Source: Anaerolineaceae bacterium (GTDB taxonomy: Bacteria; Chloroflexota; Anaerolineae; Anaerolineales; Anaerolineaceae). From it: a stretch of 64,000 nucleotides of DNA. The DNA lies in the NCBI GenBank assembly GCA_017417055.1, contig JAFPZX010000045.1, positions 1,947 through 65,946 of the forward strand, written 5' to 3'. The position numbers and the translations under genes were made by a program. Numbering within the stretch: the first letter of the stretch is position 1; each line of letters starts with the position of its first letter. Below the pieces are notes generated by a model. The model saw only the letters and a program-made list of their open reading frames with translations, ran no database searches and was not told the DNA's origin. Positions 26,361-35,965 of this stretch are shown piece by piece.

Positions 26361-27079
26361 TGGATGCGTCAAATGATGTAATTTTGAGGGTCGACCATCT
26401 CTCAGCTTTTTACGGCGGGATCCGGGCTGTTGACGACATTTCGTTTTATGTGAAACGAGGGGAAATAGTAGCGATGCTTGGCGCAAATGGAGCAGGAAAA
26501 TCTACCCTGTTGAAATGCCTTTCCGGGGAACATAAACCTTCTGCGGGTGAGATTATTTTTGACGGTCAGCCGCTTCCTGCACACTGCCATCAAATTGTAG
26601 AACGGGGCATTTCTATTGTCCCCGAAGGCCGTCAGATTTTTTACAAACTGACGGTGCTGGAAAACCTGAAAATTGGCTGCTGCCAGCGGAAAGACAAGGC
26701 GGGAATTCGTAAAGATCTGGAGATGGTTTTCGATCTGTTTCCCCGGTTGGAAGAGCGGAAAAACCAGTTGGGTGCTCTGCTTTCCGGTGGGGAGCAGCAG
26801 ATGCTGGCGGTTGCCCGCGGCTTGATGGCGCGTCCGAAAATGCTGATGCTGGATGAGCCGAGTCTGGGTCTGGCTCCTATTATTGTGAACCAGATCATGG
26901 AAAATCTGAAGTCTATCGCGGAAGGCGGTACGACGATCCTGCTTGTGGAACAGAACGCGATAAAGGCTCTGGATTTGTGCGACCGGGCTTATATTTTGAA
27001 TGTAGGCCGTATCGTTATGGATGATATCGGTAAAAAGCTGCTCGCGAATGAGAAACTGCTGCACGCGTATCTGGGGTAG
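26360..27079 (+). CDS. livF: Branched-chain amino acid ABC ATP-binding protein
   Basis: GANGAGKST, VPEGRQIF, LSGGEQQM, LDEPSLGLAP, VEQN. Confidence 0.93.
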   Translation: MDASNDVILRVDHLSAFYGGIRAVDDISFYVKRGEIVAMLGANGAGKSTLLKCLSGEHKPSAGEIIFDGQPLPAHCHQIVERGISIVPEGRQIFYKLTVLENLKIGCCQRKDKAGIRKDLEMVFDLFPRLEERKNQLGALLSGGEQQMLAVARGLMARPKMLMLDEPSLGLAPIIVNQIMENLKSIAEGGTTILLVEQNAIKALDLCDRAYILNVGRIVMDDIGKKLLANEKLLHAYLG

Positions 27080-27096
27080 ATGATTGTATAATGATG

Positions 27097-27178
27097 CGGG
27101 GATGTCCCTTTATGGGACTGTCCCCATTGTTTCGGGGTGGAATTTGGTGTGGACAGTCCCATAAAGGGACAGTCCCCG
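27097..27178. repeat. REP family C inverted pair (REPIN-like)
   Basis: CGGGGATGTCCCTTTATGGGACTGTCC ... GGACAGTCCCATAAAGGGACAGTCCCCG. Confidence 0.75.
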
Positions 27179-27213
27179 GTGGATAATCTTTTACTGTGAG
27201 AATGTGAAGGCGA

Positions 27214-28710
27214 ATGAAAGATAACGAAAAACAGCGATGTGTTATGATCAGCGCGGACCACGGTCTGGCGATTGTTTATTTTTTACAGACGGACGTCGTT
27301 CAAACGATGCTGAATGAGGGAATTAAAGTCGTGATCCTGACGGATGACGGTGTCACCGACAAGGTCTATGAGAAGTTCGGTCAGGAAAACCTTTTTGTTG
27401 AAGGGCTTCGCCTGGATAAATGCAAGGCCTATTTCAATGAGGTTGATCATACCGACCAATATTGGCTGCATTTCCTGCGCTGGATGGGCGGATCGGATCG
27501 GGTGAATACCACCGCGATCGACTGCCATCTCCGTCAGCGTGCTCATGAATCCACGATGACGGAAAAACTGATCCGTATTCCGATGATCAAAAGCAAGGTC
27601 AAACAGCTGCGGAAATCCGCGGATGTCCGTAAAGAACTGGTAAAAAGCCAGATGAAGTATATCCCCAATATTTACGGTGATTTGTTTGAAAAATATCAGC
27701 CGGATCTGGTGATTGCCAGTACCGCAGGGTGGCGTTTGGACCGTTATCTGCTGCGGGAAGCCGCTGCTGCCGGTATCGAAACTTGTTTGGCGGTGATCGG
27801 ATGGGATAACCCGAGCAGTTACCGCCTGCCGGGAGCTCCGATGCAATGGGCCAACTGCTGGTCCGCGGAGCAGAAACGTGAACTGGTAGACGGTGCGGAC
27901 TGGAATCCGGACCGTGTGAACATCGGCGGGATCCCGACATATGATGGCTATTTCCGCAAAACATGGCGTATGAGCCAGGAAGAGTATTTCAAGCTGCACG
28001 GGTTGGATCCGGACCGGAAGCTGATTTCTTTTGCCTGCAGCTTTATCACCTTTTCTCCGAATTATCAGGATGTGGAGGCACTGGTCAAACTGGTTTCAGA
28101 AGATCAGCTGGCTGAGCCTTCCCAGCTGCTGATCCGTCTGCATCCGAACCATTTCATCAAGGGGTCTCTGTTTGAGGAAGAGGCGGTAAAGATCCGCAAG
28201 TTGATCGAAGGGAAACCGTATGTCCATTTGATCGAACCGGTGGCGCTTGGCGGTGATTTGGGCTTCTATTCCGGGGAGGATATGCCGGAGAAGGATTCGA
28301 TGATGGCCTGGTCGGATGTTTTCTGCACGGTTTATTCCACGATGGTTGTGGAAACCGCGATCCATGACCGCCCGATCGTGGCTGTTTGTATCGATGCGCC
28401 GGGCGGGTGGAATAAGCCGGAAAAATTCTGCCTGTCTCTTTCGGAAATCGGTGAATGGCCGACGCATGAACGCTATCGAAACGCAAAAGCCGGACGGGTC
28501 GTATATGACATCGACCAGCTGCGGGATACGCTGAACCTTTATCTCACGAAACCGGAAACCGATCACGCGGAACGGGTGAAGTTTATTCTGGATGAGTGCA
28601 CGTTTACCGATGGAACTTCCGGTGTTCATACCGGCGCTTATTTCGCGAAACTGGCAAAACAGGCAAAACATCACGACTCTCCGGTTTATCAGTTTGATCC
28701 GATCGAATGA
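27214..28710 (+). CDS. Putative GT-B fold protein, CDP-glycerol glycerophosphotransferase-like
   Basis: WDN, GIPTYD, IRLHP, DVFCTVYSTMVVETAIHDRP and DG(T)SG motifs typical of TagF-like GT-B proteins. Confidence 0.65.
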   Translation: MKDNEKQRCVMISADHGLAIVYFLQTDVVQTMLNEGIKVVILTDDGVTDKVYEKFGQENLFVEGLRLDKCKAYFNEVDHTDQYWLHFLRWMGGSDRVNTTAIDCHLRQRAHESTMTEKLIRIPMIKSKVKQLRKSADVRKELVKSQMKYIPNIYGDLFEKYQPDLVIASTAGWRLDRYLLREAAAAGIETCLAVIGWDNPSSYRLPGAPMQWANCWSAEQKRELVDGADWNPDRVNIGGIPTYDGYFRKTWRMSQEEYFKLHGLDPDRKLISFACSFITFSPNYQDVEALVKLVSEDQLAEPSQLLIRLHPNHFIKGSLFEEEAVKIRKLIEGKPYVHLIEPVALGGDLGFYSGEDMPEKDSMMAWSDVFCTVYSTMVVETAIHDRPIVAVCIDAPGGWNKPEKFCLSLSEIGEWPTHERYRNAKAGRVVYDIDQLRDTLNLYLTKPETDHAERVKFILDECTFTDGTSGVHTGAYFAKLAKQAKHHDSPVYQFDPIE

Positions 28711-28737
28711 GATCAGTGGTTAAGCTTGTTTAATTTT

Positions 28738-28746
28738 TGTTATAAT
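28738..28746 (+). promoter_or_regulatory. Extended -10 promoter of the hydrogenase gene
   Basis: TGTTATAAT (TGn-TATAAT). Confidence 0.55.
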
Positions 28747-28766
28747 GAAGGTAAGTGTTTGATAAC

Positions 28767-28885
28767 GAGTCAATACAACCTGTTGGTGTAAAAACTGCTC
28801 CGTAAAGTACGGGCTTCGCCCGATTTTTATGCGGAGCAGGATCTACGCTCAATGCTGAGTCAGTTAAAACAGGTCATTTTGACTC
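28767..28885 (+). ncRNA. Candidate structured cis-regulatory RNA in the hydrogenase leader
   Basis: Nested stems GAGTCAA/TTGACTC, ACCTGTT/AACAGGT, GTGTA/TACGC, CTGCTCCG/CGGAGCAG, CGGGC/GCCCG and CTCA/TGAG. Confidence 0.55.
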
Positions 28886-28920
28886 TTTCGTAATAATAAA
28901 CTATCTTTAGGGAGTTCAGT

Positions 28921-30351
28921 ATGAGGATTTTTGACACCAGTGTTCAGGAATTGAAAAATAAGATCCTGCGTGAAATTGTAAGAAACGCCTGGAATGGAAA
29001 TTTGCTGGAAGGGGCACTTGACATCCCGATGAAAATTATCCCGGGAAAGAAACCAACCATGCGCTGCTGTGTCTATAAAGAGCGCGCAATCGTAGCGGAA
29101 CGGGTCAAGATTGCCATTAATCCCAACAACAGTTCCAACTGGGCGATCACTTCTGTCGAAATCGCTTGTGATGAATGTCCCTCGGATGGTTATTATGTCT
29201 CTGAATCCTGCCGCGGGTGTCTTTCGCATCATTGTATTGATGTGTGTAAACGCGGCGCGATTTCTTTCCAGCATGGACGCGGCGCTTTTATTGACCGCAG
29301 TTTGTGCGTGAATTGCGGCCAGTGTGCGCAGGTGTGTCCGTTTTCCGCAATCGTCAACCGCAAGCGTCCCTGCCAGAATGCCTGCAAGACCAACGCGATT
29401 TCATCTGCCCCGGAAGGTTATGTGAAGATCAGCCACAGCAAATGTACCGGCTGCGGCGCCTGTGTCTATCAGTGCCCGTTCGGTGCGGTTGTGGACCGGT
29501 CCAACATCGTTGATGTTGTCAACATGCTGAAAGACCGCCATACAAATCTGGACAAAAAGCTGTGTGCGGTGTTGGCTCCTGCTGTTTCTACCCAGTTCAC
29601 CTATGCCAAGCTCGGCCAGGTCATTGCCGGATTGCGTGAGATGGGCTTTGACATGGTGGTGGAAGCTGCTCACGGTGCGGATATGGTGGCCAAGGAAGAA
29701 GCACGGGAACTGGTTGAAAAGGGCTTCCTGATCAGTTCCTGCTGTCCGGCATTTGTCCGTTTTGTCAAGAATAATTATCCTGATCTCGTTCCGAATATTT
29801 CCCACAGTTTGTCTCCGATGGCGACGATCTCAAAGTCGCTCAAAGAGCAGTATCCGGGAATCGAGATCGTCTTTATCGGGCCATGCACCGCAAAGAAAGA
29901 AGAAGTGCAGCAGGATCATGTCCGTCCGTACGTTGACAGTGTCATCACTTTTGAAGAGCTTCAGGCTTTGTATGACGGGTTGGATATCAATCTCATGACG
30001 ATGGATGAAAGCGAGTTTGATGATACATCCTCCTATTTTGGCCGTATCTTCGCCCGCTGCGGTGGTCTGGCGGAAGCTGTTGCCGAGTCCCTGAAGGAAC
30101 AGGGTATCAATGATTTTGAACTGAAACCGATCAGCTGCAATGGTCTGGAAGAATGCAAACTCGCGCTGGTCCGCAAGAGCCATGGCCGGTTGGATGTGAA
30201 TTTTATCGAAGGGATGGCCTGTGTCGGCGGCTGCATCGGCGGTGCGGGATGCCTGACACATGCGGCACAAAGCAAGAATCTTGTCGATAAATACGGGAAA
30301 GAGGCCGGAAACATTTCGATCGTGGAAAGTGCGCAGCAGAGAATCGAGTGA
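28921..30351 (+). CDS. hydA: Monomeric [FeFe]-hydrogenase (group B-like) with ferredoxin 4Fe-4S domains
   Basis: H-cluster motifs SSCCPA, GPCTAKKEE and EGMACVGGCIGGAG; CxxCxxCxxxCP ferredoxin motifs. Confidence 0.9.
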   Translation: MRIFDTSVQELKNKILREIVRNAWNGNLLEGALDIPMKIIPGKKPTMRCCVYKERAIVAERVKIAINPNNSSNWAITSVEIACDECPSDGYYVSESCRGCLSHHCIDVCKRGAISFQHGRGAFIDRSLCVNCGQCAQVCPFSAIVNRKRPCQNACKTNAISSAPEGYVKISHSKCTGCGACVYQCPFGAVVDRSNIVDVVNMLKDRHTNLDKKLCAVLAPAVSTQFTYAKLGQVIAGLREMGFDMVVEAAHGADMVAKEEARELVEKGFLISSCCPAFVRFVKNNYPDLVPNISHSLSPMATISKSLKEQYPGIEIVFIGPCTAKKEEVQQDHVRPYVDSVITFEELQALYDGLDINLMTMDESEFDDTSSYFGRIFARCGGLAEAVAESLKEQGINDFELKPISCNGLEECKLALVRKSHGRLDVNFIEGMACVGGCIGGAGCLTHAAQSKNLVDKYGKEAGNISIVESAQQRIE

Positions 30352-30371
30352 TTTTATTAATGTGAAAATTT

Positions 30372-31808
30372 ATGGACTGTAAACAGACAGCTCAATTGAT
30401 TTTGGATAATGTGGGCGGACCGGAAAATATCCGGAACGCTGAACATTGTTTTACCCGGCTGCGCCTTGTATTGCGTGACCCCGGGCTTGCTGATAAAGCC
30501 GCAATTGGGTGCATTGAAGATGTTTTGCAGGTCCTGGATACAGGGGAACAGTTCCAGATTGTTTTGGCCGGAAGGCTCGATAATACATACGACGAATTTG
30601 TAAAGCTCGTTGATTCAAAAAAACGGGATAAGAGCTTATCGCAGAGTGAAAAATCTTCTCTTGGAGAAAAGATCGCTCAGACAATCTATAGCATTTTTAC
30701 GCCTGCTGTTCCTGTACTGGCTGCGGCAGGATTGATCAAAAGTCTCTTGTATGCAGCAGGACTTTTGGGTTGGATCAATTCCGCCGGAAGTACCTATGTG
30801 ATTCTGTTTTCAGCGGCGAGTATTATCTTCTATTTTCTGCCTGTTTTCCTCGCCTACACGACTGCGAAGGTTGTGAAATGCTCCAAAATCCTGGCTATGG
30901 TTTTAGGCGCATTTCTATGTTATCCGCAAATTGAGTCGCTGATCCTTGATGTTTCGGAAAAGTCCACGATTTTCGGTTTCCCGGTCATCAAAACAGCTTT
31001 CACGATTGGTGACGCGACCGGTACTTTTGATTATACGGAATCAGCCGTCCCGATCATTCTTTCGGTGTTTGTCCTCGGTTTTCTTGAAAAGGCACTGCAA
31101 AAGCTCATACCGGAAAATTATCAGGTTATTCTGGTGCCCGGGATATCTTTGATCATTATGCTGCCTGTGATGCTGACGGTTGTCGGCCCTGTCGGTGAAT
31201 ATATCGGTTTTGGCGTGAATCTGCTCTATGATGCATTAATGACGGTAAGTCCGGCTCTCGGAGGCGCGTTTGTCGGCGGATTCTGGAGCCTGATGATTAT
31301 CTTTGGTGCGCATAGAGCGCTGCTGCCGGTTGGAATGAATGAAACAGAAGTTAGCACTGCTTTCCATCAATGCGGCGCCGGACATAATTCCCTGATGTGT
31401 TATGTCAGTTCTGCCAACTTTGCTCAGGCGGGTGCTGCTTTGGGCGTTATGCTGAAAACGAAAAGTATGGAACTGAAACAAATTGCCGCTGCCGTGGCTG
31501 TTCCGGCATTTTTAACCGGGTTCGCGGAACCGGCGATTTATTGCTGCAGTCTGCGCTTTATCCGGCCGATGCTTTGTTCCGTGATCGCCGGTGCGCTTGG
31601 CGGTGCTGTGATGGGAATTGGCGGAGCAAGCAGCCACGGTTTTATGAATAATGGAATTTTATCCATAACTGGATTTTTTTGTCCGGACAACGCTCCTGGA
31701 ATGATCGCGGTCTATCTGATTGGCATAGCGGTTTCCTTTTTCGGCGCTGCTTTGCTGACGTATTTCTTTGGGTTTGTGGAGAAGGATGAATTGAAAGTCA
31801 GAAATTGA
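30372..31808 (+). CDS. PTS transporter EIIBC (beta-glucoside/sucrose family)
   Basis: EIIB HCFTRLRL and QFQIV; EIIC FYFLP, FGAH, NFAQAGA and GFAEPAIY. Confidence 0.88.
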   Translation: MDCKQTAQLILDNVGGPENIRNAEHCFTRLRLVLRDPGLADKAAIGCIEDVLQVLDTGEQFQIVLAGRLDNTYDEFVKLVDSKKRDKSLSQSEKSSLGEKIAQTIYSIFTPAVPVLAAAGLIKSLLYAAGLLGWINSAGSTYVILFSAASIIFYFLPVFLAYTTAKVVKCSKILAMVLGAFLCYPQIESLILDVSEKSTIFGFPVIKTAFTIGDATGTFDYTESAVPIILSVFVLGFLEKALQKLIPENYQVILVPGISLIIMLPVMLTVVGPVGEYIGFGVNLLYDALMTVSPALGGAFVGGFWSLMIIFGAHRALLPVGMNETEVSTAFHQCGAGHNSLMCYVSSANFAQAGAALGVMLKTKSMELKQIAAAVAVPAFLTGFAEPAIYCCSLRFIRPMLCSVIAGALGGAVMGIGGASSHGFMNNGILSITGFFCPDNAPGMIAVYLIGIAVSFFGAALLTYFFGFVEKDELKVRN

Positions 31809-31829
31809 ATAGTCTGACCGGGTTTTAAG

Positions 31830-31854
31830 TGGGACAGGCCCACAGGCCTGTCCC
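31830..31854. terminator. GGGAC/GTCCC hairpin between convergent genes (probable bidirectional terminator/REP)
   Basis: GGGACAGGCC-CACA-GGCCTGTCCC. Confidence 0.55.
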
Positions 31855-31860
31855 GAACTT

Positions 31861-32244
31861 CTATTTTGTTTGTTTTTTGAGTTCCGCTTTGAGCTCTTCG
31901 TTCTGCTGGACCAGCAGATCATTCTGGGCTTCAAGCTTATCGAGCTTTTTGCGAAGTGGTTCCAGCTGCTTCTTCATTTCTTTTGCGACCATCGCCTGAT
32001 AGACGCGGTTCCGGCTGATGGAGCTGATAATTGAAACAGCCACGCTTCCGCCTGCCACAACAATGGCGGCACGTTTGATGTTTGTGGGGGTGATCAGTTT
32101 TTGAGCCAGGCGGAGAGTTTTCTGATCAATGGGAAGTTTATCCAGGATCATTTGCTCAGCCTGTGCGGCGAGGATGCTTTTTGTATCCGGAACAGCCGGC
32201 AGCGGGTTTTTCATGATTGTTTTCCTTTGATTTTTATCAGACAT
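31861..32244 (-). CDS. Small hypothetical protein with a hydrophobic segment and C-terminal coiled coil
   Basis: GGAG RBS just after the murA stop; AAIVVAGGSVAVSIISSI; LRKKLDKLEAQNDLLVQQNEELKAEL. Confidence 0.7.
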   Translation of the reverse strand: MSDKNQRKTIMKNPLPAVPDTKSILAAQAEQMILDKLPIDQKTLRLAQKLITPTNIKRAAIVVAGGSVAVSIISSISRNRVYQAMVAKEMKKQLEPLRKKLDKLEAQNDLLVQQNEELKAELKKQTK

Positions 32245-32256
32245 TCGTGTACTCCG

Positions 32257-33534
32257 TCAGGCTCTGGTGATTCTCGCACCCAGTGCGGCAAGCTTTTCGT
32301 CGACCCGTTCGTAGCCTCTTTCGATCTGACCGATGTTGCGGATGGTGGACTTTCCCGGAGCGGTCAGCGTTGCCAGCAGCAGTGCCATCCCAGCCCGGAT
32401 ATCCGGTGATTCCAGATTTTCCGGATACAGGCGGGTCGGGCCCTGGACGATGCAGCGGTGCGGGTCGCAGAGCACGATCTGTGCGCCCATCCCGACGAGT
32501 TTGTCGGTAAAATACATGCGGCTGGGGTACATCCAGTCATGGAAAAGGATCGATCCCGTCACCTGCGTGGCCATGACGATGGCGATGCTCATCAGGTCGG
32601 AAGGGAACCCCGGCCAGGGCATAACGCTGATCTCCGGAATTGCTCCGCCCAGGTCCGGTTCTACGGTGAGCCGCTGGTTTTCCGGTACCAGAATATCGTC
32701 CCCGATGGTTTCCCAGCGGACGCCGATGCGGTTGAAGACCAGGCTGACCATATCCAGATATTCATTCCCGGCGTTTCGGATCATCACTTCGCCATGGGTC
32801 ATGGCTGCTGCACCGATGTAGGAAACCACTTCCAGGTAATCCGGTCCGATGGTGAATTCCGCACTGTGAAGGGAGTCAACGCCTTCGATTGTCAGGACAT
32901 TGGAGCCGATATTCGAGATCTTCGCGCCCATTTTGTTGAGCAGCAGACAAAGTTCCTGGATATGCGGTTCGGAAGCCGCGTTGCGCAGGATGGTGGTTCC
33001 TTCTGCTGTCGCGGCGGCCATGATGGCATTTTCGGTTGCGGTAACGGAGGCTTCATCCATCAGAATGTCGCAGCCTTTCAGCCGTCCGTTCACATGAAAG
33101 TGATATTGCCTGTCGTAGTAGGCATCTGCCCCAAGTTTGACAAGCGCCAGGATATGTGTGTCGACTCTGCGGCGGCCGATGACGTCACCGCCCGGCGGGG
33201 GCAGCAGCAGTTCGCCGCAGCGGGCACACATGGGTCCTGCCAGCAGGATCGAGGCACGCACCCGCCGGCACATGTCGGGATCCAGGTTTGCGGGTTCCAC
33301 ATTTTTTGCCTGGATCTTCCAGGTATGCGGGTCAACTTCTTCAAATGTGACGCCAAGGCTTTCGATAAGTTTCCGCATAGCCAAAACATCACGGATCATC
33401 GGTACGTTGTGCAGGATGACCGGTTCATCGGTTAGCAGTGCGGCACATAACAGCGGCAGTGCCGCGTTTTTATTTCCTGAGGGAGTTACTTCTCCGCGAA
33501 GCGGGATTCCGCCTTCAATGCAGAAAGATTCCAT
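32257..33534 (-). CDS. murA: UDP-N-acetylglucosamine 1-carboxyvinyltransferase (Asp-type)
   Basis: SGNKNAALP, RASIL, PGGDVIGRR, SVTATEN, EPH, PWPGFPSDL, DIRAG, IERGYE. Start MESFCIEGG at 33534 after an AAGGAA RBS. Confidence 0.95.
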   Translation of the reverse strand: MESFCIEGGIPLRGEVTPSGNKNAALPLLCAALLTDEPVILHNVPMIRDVLAMRKLIESLGVTFEEVDPHTWKIQAKNVEPANLDPDMCRRVRASILLAGPMCARCGELLLPPPGGDVIGRRRVDTHILALVKLGADAYYDRQYHFHVNGRLKGCDILMDEASVTATENAIMAAATAEGTTILRNAASEPHIQELCLLLNKMGAKISNIGSNVLTIEGVDSLHSAEFTIGPDYLEVVSYIGAAAMTHGEVMIRNAGNEYLDMVSLVFNRIGVRWETIGDDILVPENQRLTVEPDLGGAIPEISVMPWPGFPSDLMSIAIVMATQVTGSILFHDWMYPSRMYFTDKLVGMGAQIVLCDPHRCIVQGPTRLYPENLESPDIRAGMALLLATLTAPGKSTIRNIGQIERGYERVDEKLAALGARITRA

Positions 33535-33889
33535 AATCGGGTTCCTTTTTTCGTGTCGTTTTCTGTTCAGTACTTGAATGACGCATAGTATGACAGTTGA
33601 TGCAGTTTTAACATCAGGCCTTGCGCAGGATTTCTCTATGTGTATTGTCTGTGTTTTCTGCCTAACAGTCAATCCAATAAATTTATTATACAGGAAAAAC
33701 AAATTTTAGGAATAATCATGTCTTAAAATGCGCTGTGCTTCAACCGTTTGCTCTTATCGTCTAATTTGTTATTTGGTTTAAAACTTGCTATAAATCAATT
33801 TTGAACCGAATATGACATTACGGCGTATTTGAATTTGTATCAAATCATTCAGTTTGTTTTATAATAGTATATTGGGTTAGCTTAGAATC

Positions 33890-35965
33890 ATGAAAATTCG
33901 TATTATTAATGAAAATGACTGGGAAAAGGTTTATGAACTTGACAAATCCATTATTCGTGTGGGAAGTCAGGTTACTTGTGATATCCAGCTGAGAGAAGGC
34001 AGCATCCCCCCGCTTATGATGCAATTCGTTCGTTCAGGCGGTACGGATGAAAAGCATGTTGCCCGATTCTTTGCAGACAATATCATATTGACCCGCGGCG
34101 ATCAGGTGTTTCCGGTTTCGCAGGTAACACCATATGACATTCTTGATGGGGATAAATTCACTTTCCTGAATTATAGAATGATTGTCGGTCTTGAGGATGA
34201 AAAAGCCCGTGCCCGTACAACGACACACATCAGTGCGGAATTGTTCCTTACCAAACGTGACCTGTCATTGGAATCAGCAATCAACGGAGCGCTGATTCTG
34301 AAGAATCTTGGGACGGAAAAGCCCTGTCAGTTTCGTATGCGCATCAGCGGTATTCCGGAGGAATGTGTGCAATCTGCTCCGCTGCCTTATCTTTATCCCG
34401 ATTCCAGCAGTACGGTGGGTTTTATCATTTCCCATCTTCATACCAAACCGGCTCCCGGTTTTCATACCGTTTCGATAACTGTCACAGCTCCGGAAGATTA
34501 TTTCGGTGAAGAGCTGGAATTTAATCAGGACATTTATGTTCATCCAGTCTTTGATAATATATTTACGTTGGAAGATGATTCTCAAAAGTTATCCGGATTC
34601 AATAAAAACCAGGCGGAAGCACTTTTACCGGTTAATAATACGATTCAGACCCTGGTAATTCCCGATACGCAGCGGTTGAATGTTGATGAGAAAGAGTCAG
34701 AGGATGAAGAACCGGTTGAAATGCCGGTCCGAATTGTTGGATCTGATGACGCGGCAGATAATAATGTTTTCAATGAACCGGAAGAGGAAGAAGAAACGTA
34801 TAAAATCACGCGGAAGAAACGCCCTGTCGTGGTGGTTCATAATGAAAATGGAGATGCTTTTGATGAACCTGACAGCCCTGCGCCATCTCAGTCGGATAAT
34901 TCGACTCCGCCGGCAAAATCTCAGGCTGCGTACATGAAAATCGAATCGGAAGATTCTGAAAACGATGAAAAAACGTCACAAACAGAGCCTGCCGAATCCT
35001 CCTCTGAGGTTCCTGCAGTTAAGAAGAAAAAACGGAAGAAAAAGAGCCGTCTTGTTTTGAATGAAGATACGGTCATGGTTCCTTCTGGTGAGGAAGAACC
35101 GGTTCGGGAGACTGTGGAAGAAAACACGGAAGTTTCTGTTGCACCGCAGGAAAAGGAACCGGCGGCAGCTGAACCGGAACATGAAAGGTTTGAACCTGTG
35201 AACCTGGAAATGCCGGGTGAAACTGTGGAAGAAAAACCGGTTACAGAGCCTGCTGAAATTATGGAAATTCCCCGTAAGAAAAAAAGCCGGTCAAAACGGG
35301 TAAAGAAAGAAGCCGTCACGGACGATAGTTCTGCCGGTAATGAAAAAAGCATGGAAGATACTTCTAATACTGCGGTGGATTTTGCTTCAGAACCGCAGCC
35401 GGTTCAAACAGAAGATTCGGTTCCTGCCTCAGAGCTTCTGTCGGTTCAAACAGTTGATTCGGTTTCCCTTCAGTCTGAGGCTGAAAAGGATAATAATACC
35501 GTTGATTCAGCGGCTGAAGTGGTGCCTGCCGAAGAAATACCTGTTTTTAGAATGCAGACTGATGAAAATAATCAATCTGACAGCATTAATGACAGTGGCA
35601 ATGATAAAATCGAGCAAACGGAGAATGTTGAGAAATTCCGTTACAGCATGGAAGAGAATGGAGCTGACGTTCCGGATACATTCATACAAACGGAACCGGA
35701 GGCTGAAACCAATGAAGTTCAGCCGGAGGTTATGAAAATTAGCAGTTCTGAGACAGCAGGGGCTGATAAAGAAGAAACTGAAAAGCAATCAAAACCGGAA
35801 ATTGTAAAATCCTTCGGAGAAGATGGAACCGTACCAGTCGCTGTCGTTTCCGGCAGAGGTAATTTTGATGATCCGGCGGAATTCCCGGCTGATGAGATTT
35901 TGGTGAAACCTGATGACGCTGAACCGGAGGTAGTTGTGGTGAAAGGAGGCGGTTTTGATCAGTAG
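33890..35965 (+). CDS. FHA-like + Ig-like domain protein with a long acidic disordered tail
   Basis: IIRVGSQVTCDIQL..DILDGDKF (FHA-like), LKNLG..RISGIPEE..PAPGFHTVSITVTAPEDY (Ig-like), then ~450 aa E/D/P/S-rich with KKKKRKKK patches. Confidence 0.75.
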   Translation: MKIRIINENDWEKVYELDKSIIRVGSQVTCDIQLREGSIPPLMMQFVRSGGTDEKHVARFFADNIILTRGDQVFPVSQVTPYDILDGDKFTFLNYRMIVGLEDEKARARTTTHISAELFLTKRDLSLESAINGALILKNLGTEKPCQFRMRISGIPEECVQSAPLPYLYPDSSSTVGFIISHLHTKPAPGFHTVSITVTAPEDYFGEELEFNQDIYVHPVFDNIFTLEDDSQKLSGFNKNQAEALLPVNNTIQTLVIPDTQRLNVDEKESEDEEPVEMPVRIVGSDDAADNNVFNEPEEEEETYKITRKKRPVVVVHNENGDAFDEPDSPAPSQSDNSTPPAKSQAAYMKIESEDSENDEKTSQTEPAESSSEVPAVKKKKRKKKSRLVLNEDTVMVPSGEEEPVRETVEENTEVSVAPQEKEPAAAEPEHERFEPVNLEMPGETVEEKPVTEPAEIMEIPRKKKSRSKRVKKEAVTDDSSAGNEKSMEDTSNTAVDFASEPQPVQTEDSVPASELLSVQTVDSVSLQSEAEKDNNTVDSAAEVVPAEEIPVFRMQTDENNQSDSINDSGNDKIEQTENVEKFRYSMEENGADVPDTFIQTEPEAETNEVQPEVMKISSSETAGADKEETEKQSKPEIVKSFGEDGTVPVAVVSGRGNFDDPAEFPADEILVKPDDAEPEVVVVKGGGFDQ

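Noticed and set aside
28767-28885. Possible 6S RNA or hatchet/hammerhead ribozyme
   Set aside because: It is short for 6S and lacks a symmetric central bubble. The hatchet P1 and hammerhead CUGANGA/GAAA cores are not found. Kept as an unassigned structured RNA.
33535-33702. N-terminal extension of the murA ORF
   Set aside because: MurA homology and the RBS start at 33534
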